A stretch of 64,000 nucleotides of DNA from Octopus vulgaris (GCA_951406725.2 OX597814.1:142228001-142292000), one strand, 5' to 3'; counted from the first letter of the stretch, positions 37,459-51,041 are shown. The notes: a model not told the origin generated them from the letters alone. Numbers and translations: made by a program.

Positions 37459-37825
37459 ATGGCTGTGTGGTTAAGAAGCTCGCTTTGCAACGACGCGGTT
37501 TCAGGTTCAGTCCCATAGGGCGGCACCTTAACCAAGTGTCTTCTACTATAGTCCCGGGCCGACCAATGCCTTGAGAGTGAATTTGATAGACAGAAACTGA
37601 AGCCCATCGTGTGTGTGTGACCCCACCCCCCAACAACCGTTTGACAACCGGTGTTTGCTTATATCCCCGTCACTTAGTGGTTCGGTAAAAGAGAACGATA
37701 GAATATGTACCAAACTTGACAACAACAACAACAAACTCATAAATACTAGGGTCAATTTGTTCAACTAAAACACTTCAATGCAGAGCTCCAGCCTGGCCGC
37801 AGTCCAATGACCGAAACAAAAGATA
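37459..37825 (+). mobile_element. SINE family A, diverged
   Basis: Head, core and tail match. Confidence 0.8.
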
Positions 37826-38292
37826 ATATATAAAAGGTAAACCAGTCTACTGCGTTAAAAAAGGGGGACATATTGGATTGCACCCCTTCCACAGCCTTTT
37901 AACAAGGAGAGAAATCAGTGCCTGTGATTTTTCACAAGGTTTCAGAGACTGGGAAAAAGCGGAAGGTATCCTTAAACCAGAAATCTGGGTTCAAAATGCT
38001 TGCAACAAAATGGGTTTTGCTAAATGTATCTTAGGTGCTAGGCGGTGAAGGGATGAAGTCTACCAAGCAAGTAAGCCAGGATTGGATTTGAACTCAGAAC
38101 GTCAAGAACCGAAGCATAAACTACAAGGCGTCGCATCTTGACTGGTGCGCTAACGCTTCGGCGAATTTACCGCCTTTGAATGGTAGTTTATATATGCACC
38201 TAGGAAAAATAAAAGGCAAAGTTGACCGGAGCGGGATTTGAACTTAGAACGCAAAAGAAAAACAACGGAATAAATAAATAAATAAATAGAAG

Positions 38293-38444
38293 CAGGCGTG
38301 GTTGGGTGGGAAGAAGCTTCTCCCTAAGCACATGATTCCAGGTACAGTTCCACTGTTTGGTACTTTGGGTGACTGCTTTCCACTATAGCCTCGGGCCAAC
38401 CAAAGACTTGGGAGTGGATTTGGTTGACGGAAATTGAAAGAAGC

Positions 38445-38484
<40 letters not shown>

Positions 38485-38795
38485 CGAAGATAAAGAATAT
38501 GCACTCCACCCCTATTCGACGTTTAGGGTTAGGATTACGCCGAAAACGGGTGGTGCACGTATTCTTTACCTCCGCTATATATATATATATATGTATGTGT
38601 GTGGTGGGGCATATCCCCTCCCCACTGCTTGACGACTGGTGTTGGTTTGTTTACGTCCCTGGTTCGACAAAAGAACCGATCGGATAAGCACCAGTTTTAA
38701 AATGTAAGGAATAAGCACCAGAGTCTACTCGTTCCACTAACATTTTTCAAAGTAGTGCCCCAGCATGGCTGCAGTCTAATGACTGAAACAAACAA
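38293..38795 (+). mobile_element. SINE family A with a 93-bp hairpin insert (38483-38575)
   Basis: Insert ends GGCGAAGATAAAGAATATGCAC / GTGCACGTATTCTTTACCTCCGC lie within the (TA)n. Confidence 0.75.
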
Positions 38796-39344
38796 ACGAT
38801 AGAGATAGAAATATTTTATTTTATTTTCGTTAATTTATTTGTTGTTTTTTATTTGTTTCTTTTGGGGTTGGAACATAACAAAAATCCCCGCGAGAAATAT
38901 TAATCATATGGCTGAGTTTCCGGATCAAACTCCGCCAATCATACTTCTGACATCCCATAAAAAAAAAAAAATTTATTAAACGACCCTGGAGGGGTGAACG
39001 GCAAAGTTGATCTTGGTGGGATTCGATACCGAAATCAAGAAGTAGGAACAGACAAATACCGCAAGACATTTCGTCTGATACTGAAATAACTCTCTCAGTT
39101 TGCCGCCTACTAAGATTATAGGTAATTCTATGAACCCTCTAATTGAAAAGACGAGATGATCTTATCCAGAAGGTCTTTTTTTTAAAGGTCTCTTCGATTA
39201 CAACTGACGGGCAGCTAAGCAACATCTACGTTTCTTCCTTTCCCCTGAGGTATGGAACTTTGAAGGACAGCTATTCCAGAATTCCTCCCAGTTAAAAGCC
39301 CTCATATGGGGAGAAAAGAAATAAGTTATACATACATACATGCA

Positions 39345-39391
<47 letters not shown>

Positions 39392-39726
39392 TAAAGAATG
39401 ATAGTCATCGTATGCCGCGAGTTGTTGACTGTATTCATTCATATAAACAAATTATTCCAAGCTTGGAATTTAGTATTACCAAAATATTATTGATGCGAAC
39501 TAATTCGCGTGCTTCTTTTTGGGGCTTGTTTTCTAAGATATTATTTATGCTCAGCGGCTTTCAATTCAGTCATATTTATATACGTATTAAAAAAGAAACT
39601 ATTTGAATTTATCGTAGATTTTGTTTATGAATATATCCATAATATTATGCTTGCATATTTAAAAGATCACGGTTTTCCTTTGTGTATACGCTTCTCTTCC
39701 TCGTATATTTGTGTATATATAAATGG

Positions 39727-40020
39727 AATATATCTCCCAGACCACATGAACACATATATATATATATATTCATTCATTCACTCATACAGTACATATAAAC
39801 ACACATGTGTGTAGGTATATATAAATATACAAGCACACATCTCGTACATAAAGATGCATACATATGCATAAATATATCTCCCAGACCACATGAACACATA
39901 TATATATATATATTCATTCATTCACTCATACAGTACATATAAACACACATGTGTGTAGGTATATATAAATATACAAGCACACATCTCGTACATAAAGATG
40001 CATACATATGCATAAATATA
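39727..40020. repeat. 144-bp tandem duplication
   Basis: AATATATCTCCCAGACCACATGAAC.. at 39727 and 39871, apparently identical. Confidence 0.9.
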
Positions 40021-40449
40021 CATATGTATATATATTGCAGAAATACACGTATATGAATTTGAATATATACCACAAGGTTTTTTTTAATGCAAATACAAAG
40101 TGTAAGAAAAAAAGATGAAAAGATAATGTATATTATAATGATGAATAATAAAAATCGAACTTGAAAATTTTGTTATAGTGAACCAAATTCGGAAGCACAG
40201 AAGAATGGTAAATGGGGGGGGGGACATATAAACGAAGAATACAATCGCTTCACATGTTGCGAAGAATAATAACAACACGTGCTCGCCCTCTCTTGTTGTT
40301 TAGTGGTGTTAGCATCCATTCTCCTGCTGTTCTCGAAGACTACGAAGACTATAAGAAAAGATAATTGAGGGGCGAGACAAACAGTCGGAATCGAAAGCCG
40401 ATAATATTAGGGTTAAAAGTCTTCGGTAAATAAATCTTCCATCACCTAC

Positions 40450-40521
40450 CTTCGAATCCCGTTTTGGTCGTAGACGTTTGTGAAATTCCATCATTTTACC
40501 CAAAGCATTGTCAAAGTGCAT
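40450..40521 (-). CDS. Candidate alternative first coding exon MHFDNALGKMMEFHKRLRPKRDSK
   Basis: gaccATG start context; AAG|GTAGGT donor, phase 0; 24 codons in a unique island. Confidence 0.55.
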
Positions 40522-41772
40522 GGTCGGTCGCCCACGCTGTCTTTTTGCAGTTCTCACTCTCTCTCTCACTCTCTCTTTCTTTCTTATTATTTCTCCCTCT
40601 TCCTTCTCCTAGAAGTCTTTGTTATAAATCAACTAAAGTATACTTCACCCGCATATCGATATTTACAAAACATATACAGTATACATGTTAATGTTTAATG
40701 TTTTTTTTTACTGAGTGTACAGTGCATGTGTGCGAGTTTCTTTTTTCTATTCACTTTCCGCTCCTCTTTCTTTCATATATATAATATATATATATGTATG
40801 TGTGTGTGTGTGTGTGTGTGTGTAACTTCGTGCCCTTAAATTTATATACTTCCGCTCAACCACAAACCCACAAATACGGTTGGAATTGTGTGAAGACCAA
40901 ATAATATTCGTTGAAGAACATTAGGGGCTTACATACACACATATATATATATATATACACACACACAATTTGTGTGATTGTGTGTATATGCTATGTGTAT
41001 AAACACAATTACTAAATCACATATTCCGGGTGATTTGTTTTTTCTTTTTCTCCGTAAAGAAAAAGTTTGGAATACACAACTCCAATTATAAATACATACG
41101 TACTTACAAGTGCGTGTGTGTAATTACATATATATATATATATATATATATATGTAATGTGTGTGTGTGTGTTAAAGAGAAAGAGGGGGAGAGAGAGGAA
41201 AAGACAGGCAGAAGAGTATCAGTAGTCCGTCCAGTAGCGCTGTTTGTAAAATTGGTAGCAACAGATAGAGGCAGTTGAGCCGGCTTACACGAGCAGGTTA
41301 GAGTAATATAAGAGGAAGGGGTTAAGATGGGATTAATCCGTGTAAACTGAACGGCCGATGGGATTCCTCTGCGTGAATCTTAAACAACTGTCAGTGACAG
41401 GGAAGTAGATAAAGGAAGAGATAGATAGATAGAATGGAAAGGGAAGTATCGAGGAAAGTAAGAAGGATAGAAAAAGGAAAGAATAATAACGAAGTATAAA
41501 AACAAACAGAGAGATGGGAGCGAGAAATAGCGAGACGGAGGACGAGAGGAGTAGTAAAAGGTATACGTACATACATACGAACATACGTATATACATACAC
41601 GTGTGTGTATTTGTGTACGTATGTGTCTATTTATGTGTGTGTATCTGTGTACCTATGTATCTATTTGTGTGTGTGTGTGTGCGAGACAGAAAGAGAGAGA
41701 AGTAATTTAATACTTTGGTGTTAGAAAAAAAAAATCAGGAAAAAAGAAAAGGTAGAGTGAATGTGTGGGACA

Positions 41773-41812
<40 letters not shown>

Positions 41813-42038
41813 CTCTCTCTTACTGTGTTTGTCTGTCTTTCTCTCTCGTATACACACCCTCATACGCACACATGTAGTGAAGGAGAAAAAGAAGAAAAGA
41901 AGCGGTAGAGGGGTAGGGGGGAAATTAAGCGAAAAAAATTGAGTGACAAACATATCGAATAAGAGAGAGAGAGAAAAAATAAGAAAGCGAAAACATTGAT
42001 AGACAGAATGAGAAAGAGAAGTACAAAAGAAAAGAGAA

Positions 42039-42084
<46 letters not shown>

Positions 42085-42439
42085 GAAAGAAAAGAAGAAT
42101 GAAAGACAGAATTAGGAAAGTGGAGAGGAAGAAAGTAATAAGAGTAAGTGATAGGCACAGATAGGGTAGAAAAATAAACATGAGAAAACTAGGGAAAGAG
42201 AGAATAAAGGAATAAGGAATAAAGAGTGTGAATGGTAGAGAAAGATAAAAGAAAGTAAAAGTAATAAAGATAGACGGAGGGAGGGAAACCGAGGTGTGGG
42301 GGAGAGAGAAGAAGAGGTGGTAAGACTATAGTGAAGAGTTGATGTCGCCGTCGCCGTCGTAATGGAAAGTGAGAGGGAATTTGAGACAAGAGGTTTTGAT
42401 ACACAAGATTGAGGGGAACCTCGATGATGTATCACACAA

Positions 42440-43110
42440 TTCTCTTGTTATTGTAGTAGTGGCTGTTGTTGTTTTTAATAGTGTTGTTGTTGGTGGGTGT
42501 TTGTGCGAGAGATAGTGTTGTTTGTGCTTATTGTTGATGCTGTTGGTGCTGGTGTTGTTGTTGTTGTTGGTGGTGGTGGTATGTTGATACTGAAGATAGT
42601 TGTGGTGGTTGCGTTGTTGTTATTGTTGATAGTAGTAGTAGTAGTAGTAGTGGTAGTGGTGGTGGTGGTGGTAGTAGTAGTGGTAGTAGTGGTAGTAGTT
42701 GTTGTTGTAATGGTAGTAGTAGTAGTGGTAGTAGTTGTTATTGTTGATAGTAGTAGTAGTAGTAGTAGTAGTGGTAGTAGTTGTAGTAGTAGTAGTAGTT
42801 ATGACAGTGCAGCCTAGCAGTGCTAGTGGTTTTGGTGGTGTAGGTGGTGCAAGAGGCGGTGGTAGTATTGGTTGTGGTAGTAGTAGTAGTAGTAGCGGTG
42901 GTGTTGATTGTGGTGGTGGTGGTGGTGGAAGTGTTGGTGACAATAGTCGTGATTGTAGTAATAGTGATTGTGTAGGTGATGTGATGATACGGCGGTAACG
43001 GTGCCAATAATGGCAGTGGTGGAACTCTCAATAATGCTAGTGTGTAGGTGCTAGAAGTGATAGTGGTACTATGGTACTATCGACAGTGGCAGTAGTGGCG
43101 GCGGTAGTTT
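42440..43110. repeat. Compound GTA/GTG/GTT trinucleotide low-complexity tract
   Basis: Read directly from the sequence. Confidence 0.9.
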
Positions 43111-43214
43111 TTTATTGCAGTTGGTGTTGTTTGTGTCTCTATTAAAACGTGCTACTACGGCAAAACACCATGTTCGATTTTTCGCTTAGAGGAAATTCTC
43201 TTCCCCCCACGTAC

Positions 43215-43337
43215 GTCGCCAATGCACTTCTGAAAGAATGAACGCCACAAAACCCCCATTCTCCTCTTGGCTTTGTATGAATAAGAGATCAACCGACGAT
43301 GAGCAGGGACAGTGTTTCGAATCCCAATCAAAGTCAT
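43215..43337 (-). CDS. Candidate alternative first coding exon (MTLIG..KRR)MGVLWRSFFQKCIGD
   Basis: ATGs at 43337 and 43259 (gagaATGG) are in frame; GAC|GTACGT donor, phase 0. Confidence 0.45.
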
Positions 43338-44099
43338 TTCAATTCAACTACGTCGTAAAAACACGAATAAGAATCGTCGTACCAGTGAATGGAATCTCCT
43401 CTTGATCTGTCGACCGGCTAGAAATAACCACCAAATCTGCCTTAAATCATTCACAGTCTGACTTGTTAAGAAAGGAAGAATATAGGGATGATATAACTCT
43501 AGATATATTAGGACACTAGGTTGTGGTCTGTGGGAGATTTTGGTTACTATTTCTTGCAAGCCGTTCGACCACGTAGAAGCCTCCTCGTTGGGTTCGTTTT
43601 GGTTATGTTCTAGTTGTTACTGCAGTCAGTGTTTTGATGCAGTTTTTATTGTTATTGTTTAGTCCGAAGTTAGTATTTACCGCGCAATCCTTTTATCAAA
43701 GGTATTCCTCTCATGACTATTCCATCTACAGCGATGTTGCCAACGTTTTGAAGTCGTTGTGGTCATCGTCATCACATCATTGTTGTCGTTGTGTAGCCCT
43801 AGGCCAACCCAGTCCCGCTGAGGTCAGCTGAAACCCAGCGGAACCAGCTTTGCCTTTCATGCTTTCGGGACTGATAAATAAAAAAAAAAATGTACCATTC
43901 CGAGATTGGGAATTGGCCTTGTAGTATTTGTTCCAGTTTTTTGTATCCTGAGTTCAAATCCCGCCACGGTCTGATTTAACTCCACCACCTCAAACCTCGG
44001 ATGCGTTTAGCGGAATCTACACCGTTGCAAGCATTCAGGCCCGGTCTTCGGTTTCAGCATCCCATCTTCCCTTCCAGCAGTCTCAGAGACCCTGTAAAG

Positions 44100-44333
44100 C
44101 AGTGGTTCTCAACTCTTTTTCACCTATGGATCCCTTTGATTCCTATTTTACTCGGGTGGATCCTCATAACCATTCCGTGTTTAAAAAATATTGTTAGAAT
44201 TAAATATTATTAGGAATTGTATAAAAGTAATTATTAAAATATTTTGTGCATTTTAGAAGTATAACCAGTTTATTGGAGATGAATTTTAACAAAATCTTAT
44301 ATGGACCCCCAAGGACCTAGTTAAGTATCTCCG
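44100..44333. mobile_element. hAT/Charlie-like MITE, degenerate
   Basis: CAGTGGTTCTCAAC terminus, GGATCC/GGACCCC subterminal motifs, weak TSD CTGTAAAG / TTGTAAGG. Confidence 0.55.
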
Positions 44334-44594
44334 TTGTAAGGGGTTAGGGACAATACCTTTCCTCTTGACTAAAAAACAGGACCCTAATCCCCAGATCCAG
44401 CTCACTTATAATCTGAGGTATTCTTTCCGTGACCATTCCACCTTTTGTTAAGGGTATGTAGGAACATACTGTCTAATGTACCATTTCCGTATCTAAGACT
44501 ATAGGGTGTATGATTTGAGGGAAATGTAGGTGCTCTTTCTAGGAAATTTAATGACCTCGTGGAAACCCACAAGGTAGATCGATAAGGTAGTAAC

Positions 44595-44633
<39 letters not shown>

Positions 44634-44785
44634 TGTTGTTGTTGTTGTTGCTGTTAGGGGTCCTTAAGTATTCAGATGACCCCTTCATGGAATCCTTGAT
44701 CCACAGCAAGCATGTACAAATAAATAAACTATTTAGTTAATAAATATATGAATAAAATTAATTTCCTAGACATTGATTTATACTT

Positions 44786-44912
44786 AATTAGACACTTTAA
44801 TACGCACGAATCCCAAGTAGGGAGGGAAAAAAATGTGCGCTGAACCGCCCACGGACAGTTTTGCGCACATTTTTTTTTCTCCCATACATTCGTGCCAATA
44901 AAGTATCTAATT
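44786..44912. repeat. Imperfect 127-bp palindrome
   Basis: Outer arms AATTAGACACTTTAATACGCACGAAT / ATTCGTGCCAATAAAGTATCTAATT; inner arms AAAAAAATGTGCGC / GCGCACATTTTTTT. Confidence 0.8.
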
Positions 44913-45264
44913 TAATTTAATCTAATTTAACGTCATTAATCGAAAATCTCAACCAATTACTTCAATATTAATATTAATAATATAGAGATGTAATATTAGA
45001 ATATAATTATTATAACAACGACGACGGCGGCGGTGATGATAATGGGGAGTGATAGTAATGGTGGTGGTGGTGGGGATAGAAAATTTTAAATAATATATGT
45101 AATATTAAACACTTAAAAATATATTGTTACCATACTTTTTATTGAACTAGTTGACATTCAGTAATGGGAGTATTGTAAGTGATGTGCATTAGGAAGGGTT
45201 TTGATGGTTGGTTGGAGATTTTGTCGTACTTCACTTCACTTTCCTAGATTCAATTTACTTTTCC

Positions 45265-46300
45265 TTCTGGTCGCAGGGTGGTGACCACAATGTGGCCAGG
45301 GAACTTCAGCTAACGCTCAAGGTCCACCAGGAGCTGCCAATCTCTTGCAGATGTTAGAAGGCCCGCCGATGTTTTTTTGTTTTTTGTTTTTTTTCGTAGG
45401 GGTTGGCTGTTCCCCAGCTCTGACAAAGGTGATGGTTTTCTTGGAAGGTCGAAACCGCTTCGCCCGCACAAGTCCTGCGCTGATGGCTTCAGCGATGGTC
45501 TTAAGGACTTGGTCATGCCTCCAGCGGTACCGTCCTTCTCCAAGTGCCCCTGTGCAGCAACAGAAGGTGTGTTTCGGGATTCGTCGCTTGGAACACAGCG
45601 CGCATGCTGGTATCTCTGCTATATCCATGCGTGCAAATTTGATGGGCTTGAAAACACATCGTACACTGCCTGGATAAGGAATTTAATGCGGTGAGGCTCG
45701 GCTTTCCACATCTAAGCCCAGGTCACTTTCCTCTCAACTGCATTCTCCCATCTTGTCCAAGTTCTCTGTTGCTTCATTCCCACTGCCTTGCATGTTCTCA
45801 TTTCTTCCACGGCAGCTCTCACCTCCTCATGAACAATACGGCGCCCTGTCTTCCCACTGGTGTTCATTTGGGGAGTCGGAAAGGAACCTAGCCTAGCTCT
45901 GTCTTGTGTGACCACTCTCACAAGTCTCCTTTGGCGCAACCCTGCCTCTGCCTCTTGAACTGCATCCTTTACTCTCCACTTCCTGCCAGTCCTCACTTGG
46001 ATCTCTGCTTTAGCCACCTTCGGATCACAAGACTCACTGTACTGAACCACTTTTCCGGATCTTGCCACCTTGAATTCCTCTTCCAATGATTTGAAGGACA
46101 ACTTCAGTTTGGTGTTGCTGCCGTTGAGCGCAATGCTGCACAGGCTCCTTGGTATCCCAAGCTATATCCAGAGGTGGTTGCTGACCCTACTCTCAAAAGT
46201 CTCTACAGTTGAGATGGAGGCTGCATAGAGAGGAAGCACAGGGTCCTAGAAAGAATGCCGTGATGGTACACCCGGGCTTTGAACGTCCCAGATAGACCTT
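45265..46300 (-). mobile_element. HERO-clade (RLE-type) non-LTR retrotransposon fragment
   Basis: CALC..H....C knuckle, GRYRWRHDQVLK, ARDWQLLVDL, TTLRP and SLEEEFKV..VRTGRKW motifs, with frameshifts and stops. Confidence 0.85.
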
Positions 46301-46463
46301 TGTGGTGTTGGGGTGAATTGCAATCCCTTTTCGAGAATTTTGATTAGCTGGTTTGAAAGGGTTTTATGTGAGAGATTTTCCACCTTCGGGATATCACATT
46401 TGGTTGGTGCCATCTAGTGTCCCGGGATTTGGCCCAGTTTGTCAAGATATATATATATATATA

Positions 46464-46526
<63 letters not shown>

Positions 46527-46681
46527 CATATATCATTATATATAAATATATATATATCAGTATATATAAGATTATTATATATATATATATATATATATTA
46601 TTATTATTATTATTATTATATATTAACTATATATATATATATATATCAGTATATATATGATTATATATATATATATATATG

Positions 46682-46731
<50 letters not shown>

Positions 46732-46762
46732 TATATATATGTATATATGATTATATATATCT

Positions 46763-46941
46763 AGGCGCAGGAGTGGTTGTGTGGTAAGTAGCTTGCTTCC
46801 TAACCACATGGTTCCGGGTTTAGTCCCACTGCGTAGCAACTTGGGCAAGTGTATTCTACTATAGCCTCGGGCCGACCAAAGCCTTATGAGTGGATTTGGT
46901 AGACGGAAACTGAAAGAAACCCGTCCTATATATGTATGTGT

Positions 46942-47002
<61 letters not shown>

Positions 47003-47207
47003 TGTGTATGTTTGTGTGTCTGTGTTTGTTCCCCCAACAACCGATGCTGGTGTGTTTACGCACCTGTAACGTAGCGGTTCGGCAAAAGAGACCGATAGAA
47101 TAAGTACTAGGCTTACAAAGAATAAGTCCAGGTGTTGATTTGCTCAACTAAAGTCGGTGCTCCAGCATGGCCACAGTTAAATGATTGAAACAAGTAAAAG
47201 AATAAAA

Positions 47208-47210
<3 letters not shown>
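46763..47210 (+). mobile_element. SINE family A, full length
   Basis: Head, microsatellite and tail; lies in TA-rich sequence. Confidence 0.9.
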
Positions 47211-47256
<46 letters not shown>

Positions 47257-47298
47257 ATAAAGCATGATTATATATATGAATATATATATATGTGTGTG

Positions 47299-47363
<65 letters not shown>

Positions 47364-47487
47364 TTATATAAAATTGATTAAATAGCGATACAAATGCCAA
47401 TCCAATAATTCATTTATATTATAATATAACATAATATACTATGAATATAATATACTATAACATAAACAGGTATTTAAAAAACCAAAA

Positions 47488-47570
47488 TGGCCAACAATTT
47501 ATTTCGACTTATATACATTTTTGACATATAAACAATTCAATTCCCTTATATATAAGCCTCATCAGGGCAA
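47488..47570 (-). ncRNA. Type I hammerhead ribozyme motif
   Basis: GCC CUGAUGA GGCUUAUAUAUA..UGUAUAUAAGUC GAAA UAAAUUG UU GGC: intact core, long stem II, short stems I and III. Confidence 0.6.
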
Positions 47571-48676
47571 TTGGTGTAAAGGTAGACGAAATTCTGTGTG
47601 AAAGGATTGCTGGATTGTAAAAATTTAATTCAAATGTTTATGTATAATGAGCGTGAGCGCCAGCCATTCAACGACATTACAATTACATTAAAAACTAAAA
47701 ACAAAAAAATTATAATGGGCAAAATAATTAAGTAGAATCTATAAGTATCGAACTATATTTCTATATGTCTCATATAATATCTATCCAAACTCGTTTACAT
47801 CTAAGACAATCTTTCGCTACTGTCCTTAGTCGAAAGACACCTGTTGTTACGTCCTGTTATTTGCATTTGTGTAACATTCTCCCTTTTTCTGGTTTCGTCC
47901 TTGTTTTCGTATACATTCGCTGCTTTCTAACTCTTAGCTTAGTTTTTCCTTGGGGCTGGCCAGATTGGAGCAATCTCGAGTAATACCAGCCGAAATTGCA
48001 AAGATAATGTGGAACTCCACTAAGGAAAGAAAACTCCGAATGACCCGTCCTTATTTTCTATGTATCGTCTATCTGGTTGTTTTGTTGTACCTTTTTTGTA
48101 TCACCTAATTGTCTGGATGTTTTGCGTTCTTGTCCCATTTTGTATTATATATATATAATTAAGTATCTAAGGCATACTTAATCTAGAAACTGTAATAAAA
48201 CGTGTAAAAAAATATAAATGATAATTATATTTTTAATATATAATAACTCTGAACGCGGCGAGCTGGCAAAATCTTAGCATGCCGGGCGAAATGCGTAGCT
48301 GTATTTCGTCTGCCGTTACGTTCTGAGTTCAAATTCCGCAGAGGTCGACTTAGCCTTTGAAGAGAGGACTCAGTAAATAAAAATTAAGTAATATAAACAG
48401 AAACAAGGTCCGCGATAAATATAATAAATATTATTATTTAATTAAAGGACTATATATATAGTATATATTCGAATTTTATTCATTCTTTTATAAGTAACAA
48501 ATCATGGCTGGCCATATCGGAGCGATATCAGGATTAATCAGCCGAAATTGCTAAGATGATCCGGTTCCCGACTGAAGATTAGAGGCTTCGAATGACCCGT
48601 CTGTTTTCTTTTTTTGTGTCATCTCTTTGTGTGCTTTTGCGTTCTTGTCCCATTTTGTAATTTATATTTAATTTCT

Positions 48677-48724
<48 letters not shown>

Positions 48725-49417
48725 CAAAATGAAATAACAAAGCCAAGGCTGTTGGGGGGGGGGGTCAGGACATTTATAAGAAAAAAGATATAGATATAGT
48801 CTTACAGCTGTTTCTGGGATATTTTTAGATACCAGCATTAGACTCCTCACTCGTATCACTATCGAACCAAGAATTTAACTACGGTCCATAGCACTTACTT
48901 AGCGTTACCTGCTACTCTTTGGGTTTTCTAGATACAAATACCTCTCTCATGTATAGACGTGCTTATACCTGTCTCCTCTCATAGCTAGACCTCCCAGCGT
49001 TCATAATAATTTTTCTATCGTCTTGGCTCAATAGCCCTCACCGTTTGTTTTTACTGTCTTGTTCTCACATTTTATTTAATTTTATTTAATTTGCTTCGCG
49101 GGAAGTACTGTTTCAACGAAGTCGCGTATTGTCCTTACCTTCGAAACACGGAGTAGATGAAAGAGAGACAACAGATGAAGGGGAATATTCTTTATGTTGC
49201 ATGTCTCGTTTGTCTTTTTGTTTTTTTCGTTGTTCGAAAAACAGTGCGTCATCTATGTTTTTGTTTATATGTTTTCGTTTTCTCATTGTCTACGTTTTCT
49301 GATGTCCTGTACCCATATATGCATGTATATATACATATATATGTAGGTAAGTACATATATGTATGTATATATGCATATATTTATATATTATTTAAATATA
49401 TATACATGTATATGTAA

Positions 49418-49453
<36 letters not shown>

Positions 49454-49455
49454 AC

Positions 49456-49493
<38 letters not shown>

Positions 49494-49506
49494 ATACATA
49501 TATATG

Positions 49507-49559
<53 letters not shown>

Positions 49560-49576
49560 ATATATATGTGTGTGTG

Positions 49577-49622
<46 letters not shown>

Positions 49623-50114
49623 AAAAGTAACAACAAAAGAATGAGACCTCGATGTTAGAGATATGGAGGATTATTTATATATGTTGTAATTTAGAACAAG
49701 TAATAAAAGGTTGTCGTTATAGTACTCGGAGTTTCAAATGTCTGACCGAAGAGTTACGTTACATTCTCGCCGGCTATTAATGGCAACAAACGCTATGAAA
49801 AACCGTTGAATAAAAGGGAAGTAACTCTAATAGGTGGGAAAATGTATTAAAAAAATACACACAACTACATTCTCACAATACATAGACATAAAACTTCCTG
49901 CATTTACAACATCTACATATGTATACACTCATACAAACATGTATATGCACACACACACACACACACGCACACAAGCATATATGTATGTACGTACTCGTAC
50001 ATATACACATTTCCACACACACGCACACATGTATATGTGTGTGTGTGTGTACGCAACCTCACCCTCATCTACACATATGCGTTTACATGCATACATGTAA
50101 CATACATTTATACG

Positions 50115-50153
<39 letters not shown>

Positions 50154-50161
50154 ATGTGTGT

Positions 50162-50213
<52 letters not shown>

Positions 50214-50554
50214 AGGCATAGATTCGCATGTGATGAATGTGTATAAGGATGAACGGAACGCTATTAAGCTGGGTTTTTTTAAAAACCGTTAGTAGACATA
50301 ACGTCAAAAGTAGCCTATAGTAAGATAAGGGGTAAAAGAAAGAAATAAGCAGAAAACTAATAAAGGAGAATTATAGAGCTATGTGTGAATTAAAATAAAA
50401 GCTTAAAGGCTTGGATGTATATATATCTAGTGGAAGTGAAATGTAAGAAGAAAATCAATGTTCAAATTATATAGAATGGTAGATATCACTTATATGAACT
50501 AAAGGTATGTTTCTGCCAGTTTTTACAGCGATAAGCAAGCTCTATAAACGTGTT

Positions 50555-50935
50555 TACAAGGGGATTCTTAGAAAACAGAATATAAAGGAACTCACTATTA
50601 CAGAGTTGGCAGGATTCTTTGCCTTTATCGTATGGGAATGAAATGGAGATAATCAACCAAATTGTATTGTTTATTATGATCTTTTAGGTACCAATTTTTT
50701 TTACTAAGCCCTATACTGTTGCATTTATTACTATCTCTAAATGTAGAGTAATGATTAGAAATTCTTTTAGATATCTAAGAAGAACTACCTATATAAAAAA
50801 AAGACACCGGTACCGGAAGTAATTTTACACTGGTGTATAGAGTTTTTAGTTTTAGAATTACTAGACATAAACTTAATTCTGTTGGAATTGACTTCAGAGA
50901 CAATAACCTTGTTGTTAATGGGGGGGGGTAGTATT
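50555..50935 (-). mobile_element. Penelope-like GIY-YIG endonuclease remnant
   Basis: Frameshifted minus-strand translation: YQCKI, FYIGSS, ISNHYSTF, PYDKGKESCQLCNSE. Confidence 0.65.
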
Positions 50936-50998
50936 AGCTAAATTAATGTTAGTATTTTCAGTAATTGAATTCTTATTTAACAGACTAATATTATATGA

Positions 50999-51041
<43 letters not shown>

